A stretch of 64,000 nt of DNA from contig MCFE01000052.1 in the NCBI GenBank assembly GCA_002104905.1, positions 124,001 to 188,000 on the forward strand. Reading direction: 5' to 3'. Position 1 is the stretch's first letter; the number at the start of each line of letters is the position of its first letter. The notes beneath the pieces were generated by a model. The model was given only the letters and a program-made list of their open reading frames with translations, was not told the origin of the DNA and searched no databases. Positions 21,293 to 35,901 of this stretch are shown here, piece by piece. Source of the stretch: Basidiobolus meristosporus CBS 931.73. Taxonomy: Eukaryota > Fungi > Basidiobolomycota. A program made the translations under genes and the position numbers.

Positions 21293-24200
21293 CTAGAGGT
21301 GGCTTTCTTCAGGCTTTGGTGTGGCGAGCTCTTGTAAGATAGGATCAGACATTTCCTTGGTCACAACCATCCCCAAAGGTCGATTTTTCGGTTGGAAGGA
21401 TGGATTCAGCGAGCTTACTCGGACTGGAGGGCTCTTTGTTCTGGGTTGCTCAATCATCGTGCTCTGTATGCAGGTTGTTGATGAGGTAGAGACGGGAAGG
21501 TCGTCAAGTGTTGGTGGTTTCGAGGCGTTAGTATCTGGGGCCAGCAACTTACGAAGTTGCCCCAAGGCGTTACGTATATCTTCAATGTTGACATTGTTTA
21601 AATCAAACTCGTCTCCAAATACTTCAGCAACGGTGGCAGCGATAGGCTCATATTTCCTAAGGTACAGGGTGGAGAAGGCATTTTCAATTCGCGCTACCAA
21701 CCCTTCTAGTATCCGGATCAATTCATGGTCTTCCGCATTATCCTTGACATGGAACGTAAGTAAGCCACTCAAGTAGTCCGTTCTTGAAGCACGGCGACTC
21801 ATCTGGCTGATATTTCCGGAGGCCACACGCTCAAGGCGTATGCAGATATATCCCAAGGAGCGAATCAACGCAGGATCGATGGTCTGTATAAATGCTTTCT
21901 CATAAGTAACCTCTGGCTCTTCCTTTGCCTGTGCCTCTTGCCAGCGAGCCCATCGAGCTAACAGAGATCTGGGGAAAATCAAGGACAACTCCTCGGGGTT
22001 CTCGAGGCCCTTCAACTTCCGTTCACCAAGTTTGACCACCTCTAGTCGCAGCTGTTTCAGCGCCAGTTCATCTCTGCCTAGCTCGGTAGTCGGTAAATCT
22101 TCTGGGACATCGGACTCTGGAGATTCGTCAAATATTCCTTCGATATTGTTGATTTCGTTGATCACGTCGGAGCTAACGCAGATTTGGCCACCGTCAGCTA
22201 CGTTGCAAATACGGGCAGATCGATTTACCATCGGGCCAAAGTAGTCCATGCGGTTCGTAATCGGATCATTTTCGCATACTGGTTTACCGTAATGAAGCCC
22301 CATTCGAACCGATAATCCACGATAGAGGAGCTCATTAGTAAGGCCGGGTGCGAAAATTTCTCGGCCATCTTCCGAATTCAAAATCTCCTGGGGCCAGTCC
22401 GCTTGAAGCAGTTGTAGCTGCACAGTAAGACACCACCTCAATGCTGATGACACAGTGGGGAATGATACCATGAAGGCATCTCCTTCGGTCTTGACCTCGT
22501 AACCACCTATAGCACGCAGTAGACGACGTAGAATTTTGTTGTGGATTTTGATCGCAGAGTTCATCGCATTCGGAAGTGTCTCCCATAAGAATGTCGAGTT
22601 CTTGATGTCAGTGAACACCATTGCGACTGTACCCTTAGGGGGTTGCACTTCTCGGTCCAACCGCGCCAAGGTGGAATCTCCAGGAAGTTCATCCTTTCCA
22701 CGGCGATTTTTGCGGTAAAGTATAGCTTCATCATAGCCTTCAGCGAAGCCAAACATGCCTTTACCAGGGTGAAATTGCTGGCTACTGCCATTCATCCCTT
22801 GTCGTGGTCGTCTGTTGAACAGGTCGCCGACCCCAATGATCATCACAACGATGCTCTCACTAGCACCGTACGTGATGGCAAAGTCACGGAGTTTCTGAGT
22901 GGCCAACATCAAGTCAAATCTGGAGGTGCAAGCAATGTCTACTGCCGTCTGATAGGATACATAATCCCATAGGCCTTTGCTAGCCATGATGACGAACTCG
23001 TCTTGCTCACACAACTCAATTTTCTGAATCGCTGGGTTTGCATTTACTGCAGGCAGCAGATTAAACTGTCCAAAGCATCTGCCGACCTCGACTTGACCCC
23101 CGACGAAGCCATTTGAGGATATCCAACCGGCTGAATCTCTGATTCGGTTGATTTCTTTCTGGCTCGAAGGGGAGTGTTTGGTAGATATCAGTTGAGCGCT
23201 ACTTCCACGAGAGATTACGGCCAATACATCTCCAACATTGGCAACATAGAGAGTTTTGTCCGAAATGTAGATCACCAAGGCAGAGGCGCCCGCATTTCTT
23301 CCCTTTTCAATGAACTGCGTGCCTAACTCCTTCTCAATCCCAAGGAATGTGCGCCGCAAAGCATCCTCCGGCGTTTCTGATGAATCGCGCAACTTCTTAA
23401 GCTCGGAGGTGAATTGATAGGTAAACCAGTCATTCAAGTATTTCGAAAACGATGATCCTCCCCGCTTTACATTGATGGAGTCAAACAAAGCAAACAGGCA
23501 TTCCTTCTCGGAACTCCGGAATCTGGGAACCGCTAGATCCCATGAGCACAGTGCTCCAGATGAGCCAAGGTAATCGGCCATACCATAGCTCATGTAGTTC
23601 ACTTCTGATGTGGAGGTACGGATTCTACGGTTCTCCGTCTCCTCAGGCACACCCACCATCAAGGTGACATCCATCAAGCCGAGTACACTAAGAACCTGCA
23701 ACGAGCTGAAATCAGCCAAATTCCTCTCCCTGTTCGGATTGAGATCAGTGTGATTGTTTTTGATCTGCAAACGTTTGTTTCCGGAAAGATTCAGGTAGCG
23801 GAGCTCGCGATTCCAGTTCCAGTTCCAATCGTATGGCCAGTTCGAGATGTTGTATTTCAAATTGTTACTACCCACATCTAGCACCTCCAGCTTTCCTATT
23901 TTCCCGAGTTCAGCTGGTAATGTATGTAGCTTATTGGCATTCACATGGAGTGTACGCAGGCTGCGAAGACGTTCAATTTCATCCGTAGGCAGGGAGCTTA
24001 TCTGATTGCCAGATAGATATAGCTCCACCAGATTCACCAGGCCGAACAAGGTGTTTGGAGGAATCTCGTAGATTGCATTGAAAGAGACGTTTAAAACTCT
24101 GAGCTCGGTTAATAAACCGACGAGAGGGAAAATATCATCGGTCAAGCGATTATCTCCCAAATACAATTTCTGGATACATAGAGTCAGCGGGGGCGGCGCA

Positions 24201-27178
24201 GTACGAGATAACGCACTCTCCTTTACCGGAGTGACAGGCGAAGTGGGCGCGTCAAATGTAGGTGGCAATACGGTTGGAGCTGGGAAAGTTTCTAGAAGGT
24301 TTGAACTTGCGTTCAAGACGGTAAGCCTTGGGCACCACCAAAATTCTTCTGGTAGAGTCTTCAAGTTGTTATTGTGCACGTCTAGCACTCGTAGATCAAG
24401 TAGGCTAGCAATCTCAACTGGCAGCGCACCAAGTAGATTGTTGGTACAGCTCAACACCTGCAGATGCTTCAAAGCACCAATGCAGCTAGGAATGGACCCA
24501 AGGTGATTGTTATCCAGCTTCAATCTCTGTAGTCCTCCCAAATGTTCAAACACGTCATCCGGAAGCGTAGATAATTTACTCGAAGACAAGTTCAGATCTG
24601 TGAGGGTATTCGACACGCACGAGAGATTGAATTGGGTCAGGTGGTTCTTCGACAAAGTCAAATGCTGAAGAGACTGGAACTGGGCAGTAAGATTGGACAC
24701 CGAGTTGTGATCGCTGAATAATCTTTGCAAGCGAGGTAGAGATGCCAGCACATCCAAGTCATGGATTTTGTTCTGGTGTATATCGAGCTCGACCAATTGC
24801 CGAAGGTTTTGGAACCCTTTGGGCAAAGATCCAGTGATCTGATTGCAGGATAAATGCAGCGTCTCCAAGTTGAACAGTTTCCCAATACTTTCTGGGAGCA
24901 AATGAAGCCGGTTGTACGATACATAGAGTTCTCTGAGGTTGACAAGCTCGCATACCGGATCAGGGAATTCGGTGAACTTGTTGTTGGATATGTCAAGGGT
25001 CGTTAAGGTCTGAAGCTCCATGAACTCGGGTGGCAGTGTGTTGATGCGATTGTTGAAAAGATAAAGCCTGTCCAATGTCGTGATGGAATGCAACTGAGCG
25101 GATTCGACCTCTTTCAGTCTATTGTGGGATAAATCCAAACACTCCAGTTTGCTAGCATAACGAATACTATTCGGAATGTGCTTGTATTCGTTGTTTCGTA
25201 ATTTCAAATCTTTCAAGTTGGTGCAGACCTGAATGAAATCTGAGGGAATATCCAACATCAGGTTTTTCGAGAGGTTTAACGTGACAATGCTGGATGCGTG
25301 TTTGAATAGTAAGATCGGGACCGTCTGCAGATTGCGTGAAGGGAGGTTGACCTCTTCAAAGCTAGCTGGCCAGGATTCCTAACATACGTATTAGCAATTG
25401 TCAAGGTTTATGCTCTATCAAAGTCAACATACCACGTTGGTGGTCTGCAAACTATTCAAGCTAAATGTGAACCGACACAGATAGGTGTTATCCTCTCGGC
25501 ATTGATCCCTTAGCTTGTCTTTGCTGGTATATCCCATTTGCTCCAACATCCGTTTAAGATATTGGATAGGTCGTTCTTGAGGTGCAAACATTCTTACTAA
25601 TGATATAAGGCATAAATGAAAGGAAAAGCCTCTACGATGCTGCTGGATATATTACCAAGACCATGCCGATGGACGTAGAGGTTGTATTTCAGTGGTTCCG
25701 TAAGAAAGAATTTACGTCCTAGAATTTCACATAGATCAGCAGCGACGATGTGGATGGGAACAGTGACGGTGCCGAAAGTAGAGTCTTCACGAAATATGCG
25801 AATGCAAAACTAAAGAGATATTAGCACTACTTCAATTCACATGGTGCATGAGTCAGTAATTACCGGCTCGTTGCTAGCAAAGAGGTTCTCTTTTTCTACT
25901 TGTTGTACCTCCTGGTCATCCTCTTCGTCGTCGGTAATTTGATGACTGGAGGACGGCAGGACAACTGCCCAAGATTCTGGTGGGATCCAGGCCTCTGTGG
26001 ATTCCTTTCTATGTATGGCATCACTCCATTCCTCCAGTCGCATGAAATTCTCCCCGCCCTCGATAAATGATGCAACATGCGCTCTACTATTAGCTCTAGC
26101 TATCGCCTCGGGATTAACAATTCCATCCATTTCCACTAGATTCTCGAAAAGTAAATCACCATACAGAACTGAGAAGAGCTCAACTTGAATACATACATTC
26201 GGTCCCGTTGATCCCGCGAATCTGATAAAAAGCTAAAATTGGTACCATTTACTAGAATAAACATTACAAGATGTGAGATATTTACCGGCTGTAAGTCATC
26301 TTCATTTCGCTTATGATGCCTGGGCCAAGCACCGTCACTACCACGGCGCTTTGGAAAATACGATGACTCATCGCTTCCAAAGCTTTTATCAGAAGAGTGG
26401 GAGCCTTTCCTATTAACATCTGTTGGCATAGTAAGTACGTCATCAATTGCCACCCCGAGCGCTTGTTGTGTCAAAAGGAGTTTACCATCTGTGCTGCTCA
26501 CTTTCTCTTTGCTCTTTCGCTTGCCGAACTGGAAGAACTTTTTCTTTTCCTTCTCCTTGGTTTGGTTCAAATGTGAAGCAGCTGGTATAAAATTCTCCGG
26601 GATTTTATTCCTCAGAGATTTCCAAACCCCAGCGTGCGTCTGAGAAGCAGTACTATTGGAGCTGGGTGAGTTCTCATAATTCGAGCCCATATACGTGTGA
26701 GTGCTGTCTTTGCCCTCCCGTGACATATCTAAAGCCATGGAGGATGTTCTACTAGGGGTAGTGTTATTTAAGCCTAGATGGCTTGAAGACGAGGATTTGC
26801 GCAATTCTTTAGCTGAGGAGAAAGGGCTATGGCCTTCCTGTATACAGAGGAATAGGGAAGTTCGTTGTTTGTGAGTAAAGATGGATGTTGCGTAGAAGTG
26901 CAGGCTTCCCTTTGGAAATACCAGCAGAGTGTAGGAGAAGCCGAAATACCAACCTCTGAGGGAATAGTTAAATCCTTCTGGAAATTATCCAAATATGAAG
27001 GGGATGGTGAGGGATATATATTAATATCTGGCACAGTGGTCTTGTCGTTCAAGTAATACGTTTTGATAGGCTCCGTTTTCAACCGGTCAAGTGAAGCGCA
27101 ATCGTGAAGATATAGCGGGTTTTTCGTGAGAGTGTCGGTAGTGGTGTTATCTTGTTTGTTCGTATCAGGTTTTGGCAT
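21293..27178 (-). CDS. CYR1: Fungal adenylate cyclase (G-alpha-binding, Ras-association, LRR, PP2C-like, cyclase catalytic and CAP-binding regions), multi-exon
   Basis: Large exon 21293-25378 has LRRs, NWNWNRELRYLNLSGN, a PP2C-like region, and cyclase motifs VFTDIKNST, EVKTEGDAFM and DYFGPMVNRSAR. RA exons (FCIRIFREDSTF, 25433-25809) and EMDGIV exons lie upstream. The 5' start at 27178 is tentative. Confidence 0.93.
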
Positions 27179-27670
27179 AACGAAGGCCAGGGTAAATATA
27201 GACTAAAACAGGTTGATATCAGAAAGCAAATTGGTTAGTGGGAAATGGGAAACACTCAGCGGTATATTCCCCAGGCAGAAAGAACGCGCAGGGTCGACTC
27301 CCTTCTAAAGAAGGGAATTCATATATGCCACCAGGAAACATAGGACTTACTGGCTGGACTAAGGTATCACCGATAATATACAAAACTCAAAGTGGAATGG
27401 AGGCAGAGCTTAAAGAAGAGAGAAAATGATTCTTGCTAAATCGCAACGAATGATTGCTGTGAATATAGACTGATATGGGATGATGACTTGAAATAGGAGA
27501 AGCGATAGGGGAATACAGATCAAATCACAAGAACACTCAACCTCGTATGTGAGAAAATCCATGGGTGGGTCAGGTAAGTGTAGGCTTAGTTCGGCAACGT
27601 GAGATTTGTTGCGAAATCGCTGAAGATTAGATGAACAGACATGCCGCAACAACCACATTCGATTCATGGG

Positions 27671-27736
27671 TCAATAAGAAACATGCATAAAGAGGTGTCA
27701 AGTTCAATAAGAAACATGCATAAAGAAGTGTCAAGT
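27671..27736. repeat. 33-bp tandem duplication
   Basis: TCAATAAGAAACATGCATAAAGA(G/A)GTGTCAAGT twice, one mismatch. Confidence 0.9.
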
Positions 27737-28161
27737 TCATTGGGTGTCACACAAACGGCATCAGCAACACCGACTGCTGGGGACGGGGGTCGAACGGATC
27801 CAACCTCCGCCTCTCATATATTTCAATCTCCTCCTTTCGTGTATATTAGAGTGAACCTATCAACTGGAATTGTGCAACATTAGCCGTCTGACTGGTGATC
27901 GATAGCAGTTAGTTATATGCATCATTGTTTTATATCTTTTGCGGATTCGTCAAGCTGATAATAAATAGGAAGCATGGATATCAAGTAGAAACGGGATGTT
28001 AGAGCAAAAGAAGAAAATAAAAGTGGGTGGCTTAGGGAATTTAGGAAGGGCACCGAAAATAAGGTGGATTAAATACATGAGAAATATTAGACTTGGAAGG
28101 GCTTTTAGATTAGACTGGCAATCGGTCAGCGGAAGAATTATGACAGCAGCAGAGAGATGGT

Positions 28162-31100
28162 TTACGAAAGTGCATGATACCACTGGTCGATCTGACCAAT
28201 CCAATCATCCATTTCCACTTGGGATGGTGCTTGCAGCAGATACGAATTGTGGCTGGTGTAGATGGCAAATACATGTTTTCGCTAGCAAATGGATGCGGTT
28301 AGTGATTAGCTACGGGACGTGGGGAACTGGCTTACCTGTAGCATGTTTTCGAGGTCTTGTTGGTAGTCCACTCGCACAGCAGTCAAGTTGATCACGGCTT
28401 GCTCGTCTGACTCGGAATTATTGGAATACATGAATAAGTATGGCCGGCGAATAACAAACCACTTTTTGGACCAGTTGAAGATGTCCTGCGGGTTCTCCGG
28501 GTAGAACAGATATCCCTTCTTAGCCACTGTGTCTGATTTGTTGATGATTTTGACTTGAGCCGTGAGCTTCACTTGGTCTTTGATGGATCCAATTGATTGA
28601 ACTGGAGTCTTAGAAGACCCTTCCGAAATAGAAGGGGGTGCCGATGCCCCTATGGCACTATCATCAAACGAAGATTCTGCTCCCCCGATGCCCAATTCTT
28701 CAGGAAGGGGTGGGTTTGGATCGATCACAATCTCATCATCAATGCTACGTGTCGGTCGCTGCCACAAGGCGACTACTTTTTGGCAGAGCTCCTCGGGAGG
28801 AATTCCGCTGGGGCCTGGCGTCTGCATCCCTAGAAGCTCCCTCATCTTTAATAACTGCCTGGTGTCCTCAACATCCTCTACAACACGAATACGCTCGTGG
28901 ATCCGGCGATATTCTTTGACGAGGGATACCCCACGGGGCTTCCACCCTCCCAAAAACTCTTCTCCGCGGATGTAGGTCGATGCAGTATTCATTCGCCACA
29001 ATTCAGTCAACTTGCGAGTAATCGGGGGCTTCAGGGTTACTTGGAATACGGTGCTCATTTTGTAGAGCTGTTTGTTGGAGCCGCCTAGGAATTTCATCAG
29101 GCCTTTTGTAAGAGTGCGGCTCTCCCGTCCTTGGACTTGAACAGCAATATCCATGCTAAAGCTGATTGGTTCGGATACACGGTCAGCTTCAAGTTCCCAA
29201 CTCAGCGTCATCATAACACGATGGTTCGAGGCAGTGGCTCTATTAAGGAAGATGGAATCATGCAACGAACTATCCCAAGATGCCTGAGCAATTAAACAAC
29301 TGGTTCCATCAGGTCGGTACACTACGGATTGCGACGGGACTATATTCAATTCGAGATCTTTACGTGGCTTGGACTCGATAATTCGGGCTCGATTTTCAAG
29401 TAATCGAACGCGACTAACCTTCATCTTGGTGACTTTCGTCCATTCGAATTGATGCCCGCTGTTGTGGGATAGTGTCAGGACGATTCGACGCTGCAGGCCC
29501 TGGCGTAGCGTAAACGCTCCCGAGTCCATAGCGTTGGTGGTCTGTACTGGTACAGGAATATACTCTCCTGTCGGAGTCAATTCGCAAATCTGTGCCCAAG
29601 CTAACACGTCGTGATGCTCCTCCGCAACCAGTTCTTCATCAGACCTTCTCTCCACTGGCTTGGATCTATCGGAGGTAATACTGACGGTATCGGGTAACGG
29701 CACAGCGTCACTACCCTCTTGCTGGGAATCCCATTGCTCGATTTCAAACAGCACTTTGGGCCTGGCACGGCCATACACTTCAAATGTGAGATGTCCAGAG
29801 CGGAGATGACTCAGGCTCTCCTCTGTCAACATCATAGAGATGATTTGATGGTAGCCAAAGTAAATAGGCGAGCTCTCGAAATCAGTGACCGGATCAGTGG
29901 CGAAAATCTTGTCATTTTCCGAGAGCGGCTTGACACTTCCAAACCCGGCCAGTCGGAATTGGCAATGGACTTGTGTGTAATCATCTTCGGAGAATCCGGA
30001 CAGTTCAATTATACTGACTTTGAATTTCAGCTGATCCCCTACGGCGAGAGATTGCGGTGTATTCATTTCAGCTTCCTCAACCCCATTTACGGTGGGGGAG
30101 ACAAGTGGTGTGACTATTCCGTTGGTGTCTTTCTCAGTGACCGGGGACAGAGCAATGCGGCAATAGCCTTTGATTCTACCGGTGTACCTGCAAAGCACTG
30201 GGATGTTATGCTCCTGGGCCAGATTGTACAATAGATTCTTGAGATACACAGAAGCGCCACCGATGAGAGTAAAAGAGGTGGGTGGATCTTCATAGAAGGG
30301 CTCCTCGAAATTGAAATGCTTCCTGTAAGTAGGCTGATCAATGTAATTGTACAATTGACGCATGCGTCTCAATCGAGATTTGAGCTTGTCGATCGACCAG
30401 GTATAGATCACCTCGTTCTTCATATCGATTACTTTGACTCCTATGCATGGTTTGGCGCACTCGAATAAGTCTGAATCCTCCTGGTTATCGAATTGATTTA
30501 ATGCCGACATACATTCCCAGAATGAAACGGGCTGAATAAACGGATAATCCTCCACAATGGTGAATTGGTAAGTAACCTGTTTCCCTAGCTCTTTACTGAT
30601 GACATTGGCCTCCTTCAAAACAACAGCATTGGTGAGAACTGTTTCGGCCATATTGACGGTACGACGAGCGCGCATACGATCAAGTGTCCAGTTGATTAAT
30701 TGCTTTTCCCGCTCGGTATAGACAACCGGTTCCTCGTAGTACGCGCCGGGGGGTAAAGTAGAAATGCGTCTAATTTTTTTTTCGTATTCATCTCGCTGCT
30801 TTACCAACATCTGCTCCATTTTAACTTGGGTCTCTTTCAGTTTCTCCTCTAGAGTCTCTCTTTCGATTGTCTGCTCCGGAGACTTGCTTCCTGTTTCGAG
30901 TTTTTTGAGCTTCTCTTCGTAGCCTTGCTTTTGAACCTCCAACTGCTGCTGCATTTCATTCCGCGCTAGATGAAGCTTCACCTCAAATTCAAGACGAGCT
31001 GGGTCAGGGCTGGTTAACATTAAAGCATCCTCGCCGTCTCCATCTTTGATACTCAAAGGAAATGGTGTACCATCGGCATTATACATCGAGTTTGCTACTT

Positions 31101-33377
31101 CTTTCCAGGCAAAATTCCAATCCACCACTTCCGATGCTAAGGAGACAGTAGATGTGGGAGATTCGGGTCTCTCGTGCTCATCGGGTGTTGGTGATGAGGC
31201 TTCGGGAAAGACGGAATTACTGAGCGCGCTCTTTTGCATATCACGCTCACGTCTAACCTCTTCCGGGTTGTTGAAACGAAACACATGATTGTCCCCGAGA
31301 ATAACACGAAAGCCGGATCTTAATCTCTTAGGCTCGATGCATCGTCGTCCGTTCACCATTGTCATACTATTCTCATCAGCATGCAAGGTGACAACCCCGT
31401 TGTTGTTTTCAAAATAGCAGTGTTCTTCGAGAATATTGGAGCCACTAAGTCGAATATCCGCAGGTACATCAGAATCCATTCTCCCAACCTTAGTCACACC
31501 AAACTTTAAGTTGTAAACAAGACATTCAGACATCAGTGGATCTTCGTTTAGATTAACCAGATGCGGTACTCGCTTCGGAGAGTATACGCCAACTTGATTC
31601 TTTTCAATGGAAATTCCCAATTCTTCAAGAACCTTCTCCCGCTCAGCTTGGATGTCTTGAGTTTTCTTCAATTTGTCTTCCCACGACTCGTTCAGCTCAG
31701 CCATAAGTTTCTCTGACGCTTGAAGTTGTTCTCTAATTTTCCCAGCTGGCCCAGAAGTAAGCCCAGGGCTAGAGCTGACGTAGCTACCCCCGCCTGCTGC
31801 AAGTGCTTCGGCTTCAGCTGGGTCGTAGGCAACCAGCTTCGTACGAAGCATTTGTAGCTCCTCTTTGAGCTCACGGATCAACTTGGCATTTGGATCCTCG
31901 TTAACAACAGCCTTGTTCTGGATCTTCTTTGCACGATCCGCGTAACGAAGCGTACTCAACGTTTCATCGTAATCGGCAGCAGAAATTGCTGCGATCATAG
32001 CAGTTTTGGAGTTTCCACCAAGAGAATCTTTCAGAAGCCAGGTAAGAATCTAGCAAGGATCAGTAACAGCTATATGTACGAACAGTCTGCGAATAGCACA
32101 GATACTCACCGAATCTCTGTATGGTACGAATTCGTCCTTTTTGCTCTTCTTCTTGGTGGATGCCTCCGCCAGGGCGGAAATAACCTTACCGAGAGTTGTC
32201 AAAGATTTGTTGATATTGGCACCTTCTTTCAATCTAGTTCCCGTTGCCCCGGTGGAATCCGCTCGCTCACTTCCAGCAAGATCTACAAGACTAAATGGCA
32301 GAGATGCGTTAAAAATCAGGGTTACTACCCATGGCAGGGGGATACCTCAGAATAGGTGGTTTTACCTAATTTTCGACACTTTTTCCGAAGACATCTTGGT
32401 TTGCTGGTCATATCTGATCTGGGTCAATATGAGGGTAAAGACAGCATGCGAACGACTAGACGTTTCGTTCATGTTGGTTGCAGCAACTGTTCTAGACTGG
32501 GTGTTTCCGAAGCAACAGATTAAGTGTCCCGAAGAAAGTGGTGCATCCGAGCGCGTAAGTTGGCCATGTTCCTACCTTGTTACCGGCATCCATAAGCGCC
32601 TCGATATCAGCGAATGACGTCACCATAAGCTTGGAGAGGTCTTCAACATATGGGCCCATACTTGGATGCTCACGAACTTTCATGTTTCCTTTCGCCTTTG
32701 GGTTCAACAGATCTCGAACTCTTTCGCAATAAATTTCCATATATGATACTTGCACGTTGTATTTTACATCCGGGTCATCGTTTGAATCAATCCGATGGAA
32801 CAACTCGCAACATGTCAGAGGGATAATTCCCTTATCCTCACCGTATCCCATCTTGTAGCAAGAAGAATTGATGAATTTAGTGGCAAGTCAGTAAAGAGAT
32901 GCATGTTATGGTCGGCTTACCATAGAGTATGATTTTCCAGAACCTGTCTGACCATCTATCATAAAGTAGAACAGTAGAAAAGTTCAGTTTCAACGACAAC
33001 AGCGTAGGGCCTTTTCAGAAAATCGTTGCTCTTACGTACAAGCAAAAATACAAGTATTGTAGCCGCCAAAGGCGTGGTCCAGCAACTCTTCACCCAAGTC
33101 ATTGTACAAGGTAGCCTGAGAGGCGTAGGTTGGATCGTTCTTGTCAAATGACCAGTACGAGCGATCAAAGGCAAAGGACTTCACACTGTTATCATCTGGC
33201 TTCGTGATGAAAGTTTGATTTCCCTCCATCCGGATGAGGCACGTTGCCCCTCTCGCCTTCTCTATTGTATCATTCGTATTAAAAGATGATTCCAAAGAGC
33301 ATTGTCCAAGCTAAAATGGTTTTACCTCTGGCATTGAGAGGACGGCAACGAACAACGACTTTGATATTGTTACTCAT
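28162..33377 (-). CDS. unc-104: Kinesin-3 (Unc104/KIF1A-like): motor, FHA, stalk and C-terminal PH domain; multi-exon
   Basis: ATG 33377 [74 protein letters not shown] region [11 protein letters not shown] region KKGYL...WFVIRRPYL. Last exon RKHVFAIYT...WYHALS* ends at 28162. Confidence 0.93.
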
Positions 33378-34560
33378 GTAGACTATCAATCAATCCGGAG
33401 TAATGATGATACTGTTACTAGTCGCCTCCACAAGTACAAGGTACGCTCAACGTTTGGAGAGTTGGATAAAAATGAGAAAGCAATTAGACGCCGATGATGT
33501 TGAAACGCCTATGTCGGTGAAGGTTAATGGACGTGAGATATCCAAAGATTTGATAAATTCTTTCACACACGTTGGTGAAACTTAAGCTGAATAATGTATT
33601 AGGGAATGTTAAGGGATAAAGAAAGGTATATGAAAATAAACAAGCGCAATGAAACAACGGTGTGCAGAAGGAAACTAGACCTCTATCAATCAAATAAAAA
33701 TAAGAGGAAGAACTAACAAAGAATCTCAGAAGCCCAATTGTCAAGCCAAACTCGCAAGACCTTCACACACTGTCTTGAAGTAATTACCTGGGATTCTAAG
33801 GAGAGCGATGCCTCCATCACAAATATCTGTACCCTATTAGCATTCCCCAAATATGCCATCGGTGAGCTCATTGGGTACAAAGTATCGATAGCCAAAAATG
33901 TCGGAGATTTCCAGCATACTCCGATAAATTTCATTATGTAAAGTGCATAAAGCTATGGGACTGTGTGGTAGTGTATTACAACCTCTACCCTATCACTAAA
34001 AGAGCCCAATCCATATGATATGACTGAAATGGAGGTATGATGAACTCTTAATATTTGTGTTATGAAATAAATCCTAGCATTTATTGCATAGCATGGATCA
34101 GTGACCATTTAGAAATCCGATCCAACTCGACCTTTTATGTTGGAATCATAAACACAACACTGAACCCACAAGATAAGAGGCAACTATATGGATCTACGTG
34201 CTGTGAGATTACATTCTATACTTGTGTTGAATAGAGGTTGGCAAGCGTAAGGGCTGTTGATACACTGTAGTACCAATGGCGCGGCAGGTTTTTCTCAAAA
34301 CCGAGCTTATTCGAACCAGAAAGCACCACTGCCCACCCTTCATCAATGGAAGATGGCGGTCCTCATTGATATCCGTAAACGAGGATATCGTCTACATGCA
34401 TGCGCAACTGGGTTCGGTGGTCCATCATATCATGGAGTTGGGCAATTGAGATGGCCGATTTAATTTGGAATTAATATGTTGAAAAACGAGGATGGATCAT
34501 GTGAAATTGTATAATATATATGCACTATGACAGATGAATGAATTAATGGAGATACGCTTC

Positions 34561-35901
34561 TTAATCTTCAGGTGGTCGCATATGCTGGGTAGGTTTGGAA
34601 TACGGGATGTTCCTTTGTTGCAAGTACATGTTGAACAATTTGGAAAACCCGTCTCCCGGGCGTCTGGGCTGCGATGTACTCCTATTCACCGCTGGATAGA
34701 AATTACTGTCGTGGGGAAAGCACGGATTAAACTCGGTAGTAGTATTCACCACCACTGGCCTGACCGACTCAGCCTCAGAATACCATGCTCTATTTCCAGT
34801 CTCGACTGGTTGGTATTGCAGCTGATCTGTCTTTAGTAAAGGCTGAATCTCTGACCCAATTGAGGTCGAATATGTAGAATTGAGTGGGCGTGCTCGCTCA
34901 TTTTCGTACGACATACGCGGAGAAGTCTCTTGCTCAGACTTTCGTTTGGATGTCGTGCTAGGAATATTCTCACTAAGAGGCGTGGATCAGTATCACTCGG
35001 CTGAGTACTCACCGATGGGGCAAACCTCCAATACCTTAAGTTACGAACTCTGTTCTCCTTACGAATCCGAATTCGTACTCCCTGCTCGGCAAAGTAGCGA
35101 GAGAGTAAGGTCGACTCTGACATCCCAGGAAATTGCTTCGGTGCATAGACAGTAAATGGATCCGAAACCGTATCATTGATATAGTCGACACTTGTTCTTT
35201 GATGAATCGATATTAGCAAATCTCCCGTCGCATCCTGACAACCAAACCTTATTCACAAACCCGTTAATTTCGTAAAGACTGAAGCGGAGACGAAATTGGC
35301 CTTCTAGACGAACAGAGACATCGGGGAATACAAAGAACCCGCCATCTGAAAAAGGGATTTTTGCCAATGTGAATACATGCTCGGGGCCGAGTTGCTGCGC
35401 TAATAAACATGGCAATACCAGAGTTGTCAATATCCTTCAGTCTGTAAAGGGAGGAAACAGTTGTTCCAGTTAAACACTTTGGATGTATATACTCGGGCTG
35501 CGCTGTATCGGCCGATATTAAGCTGACAAAAAGCACGATATTGGGGTTTTGGAAAAGGTCGCTAAAATGACCCGATAAAACCAAATCCCGGTTAACTCCT
35601 GTGTGGTGACGATATGGTAGCAACAAAGTACATACTCATCTCCATCACCAATATCTATCTGTACAATAGGTGGTGGGTCGATAGGGCGTCTGTCCACTTT
35701 TTCTTTTGAACTACACAGACGAGCATGTACAGGTTGTTGTCTAACTTTCAGCTGACAGGCTCTATAGTATTGTTGCTAAATCAGTACTTGAACAGGCGAG
35801 GGCTTCAAACCACAAGAAGGCACTCACTTTGTTGCGTATGGACGAAAGCACTGCTGCGAGGTCAAAAAGTGAGGCTGTTGTATACAACCGGGATTATTCA
35901 T
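34561..35901 (-). CDS. Velvet-domain transcription regulator, paralog 1 (VosA/VelB-like); 6 exons
   Basis: Spliced translation gives [67 protein letters not shown] and [36 protein letters not shown], the canonical velvet motifs. Confidence 0.9.

Noticed and set aside
27671-27736. 33-bp direct repeat considered as a CRISPR-like array
   Set aside because: Only two adjacent copies with no spacer, in a eukaryotic context; a simple tandem duplication.
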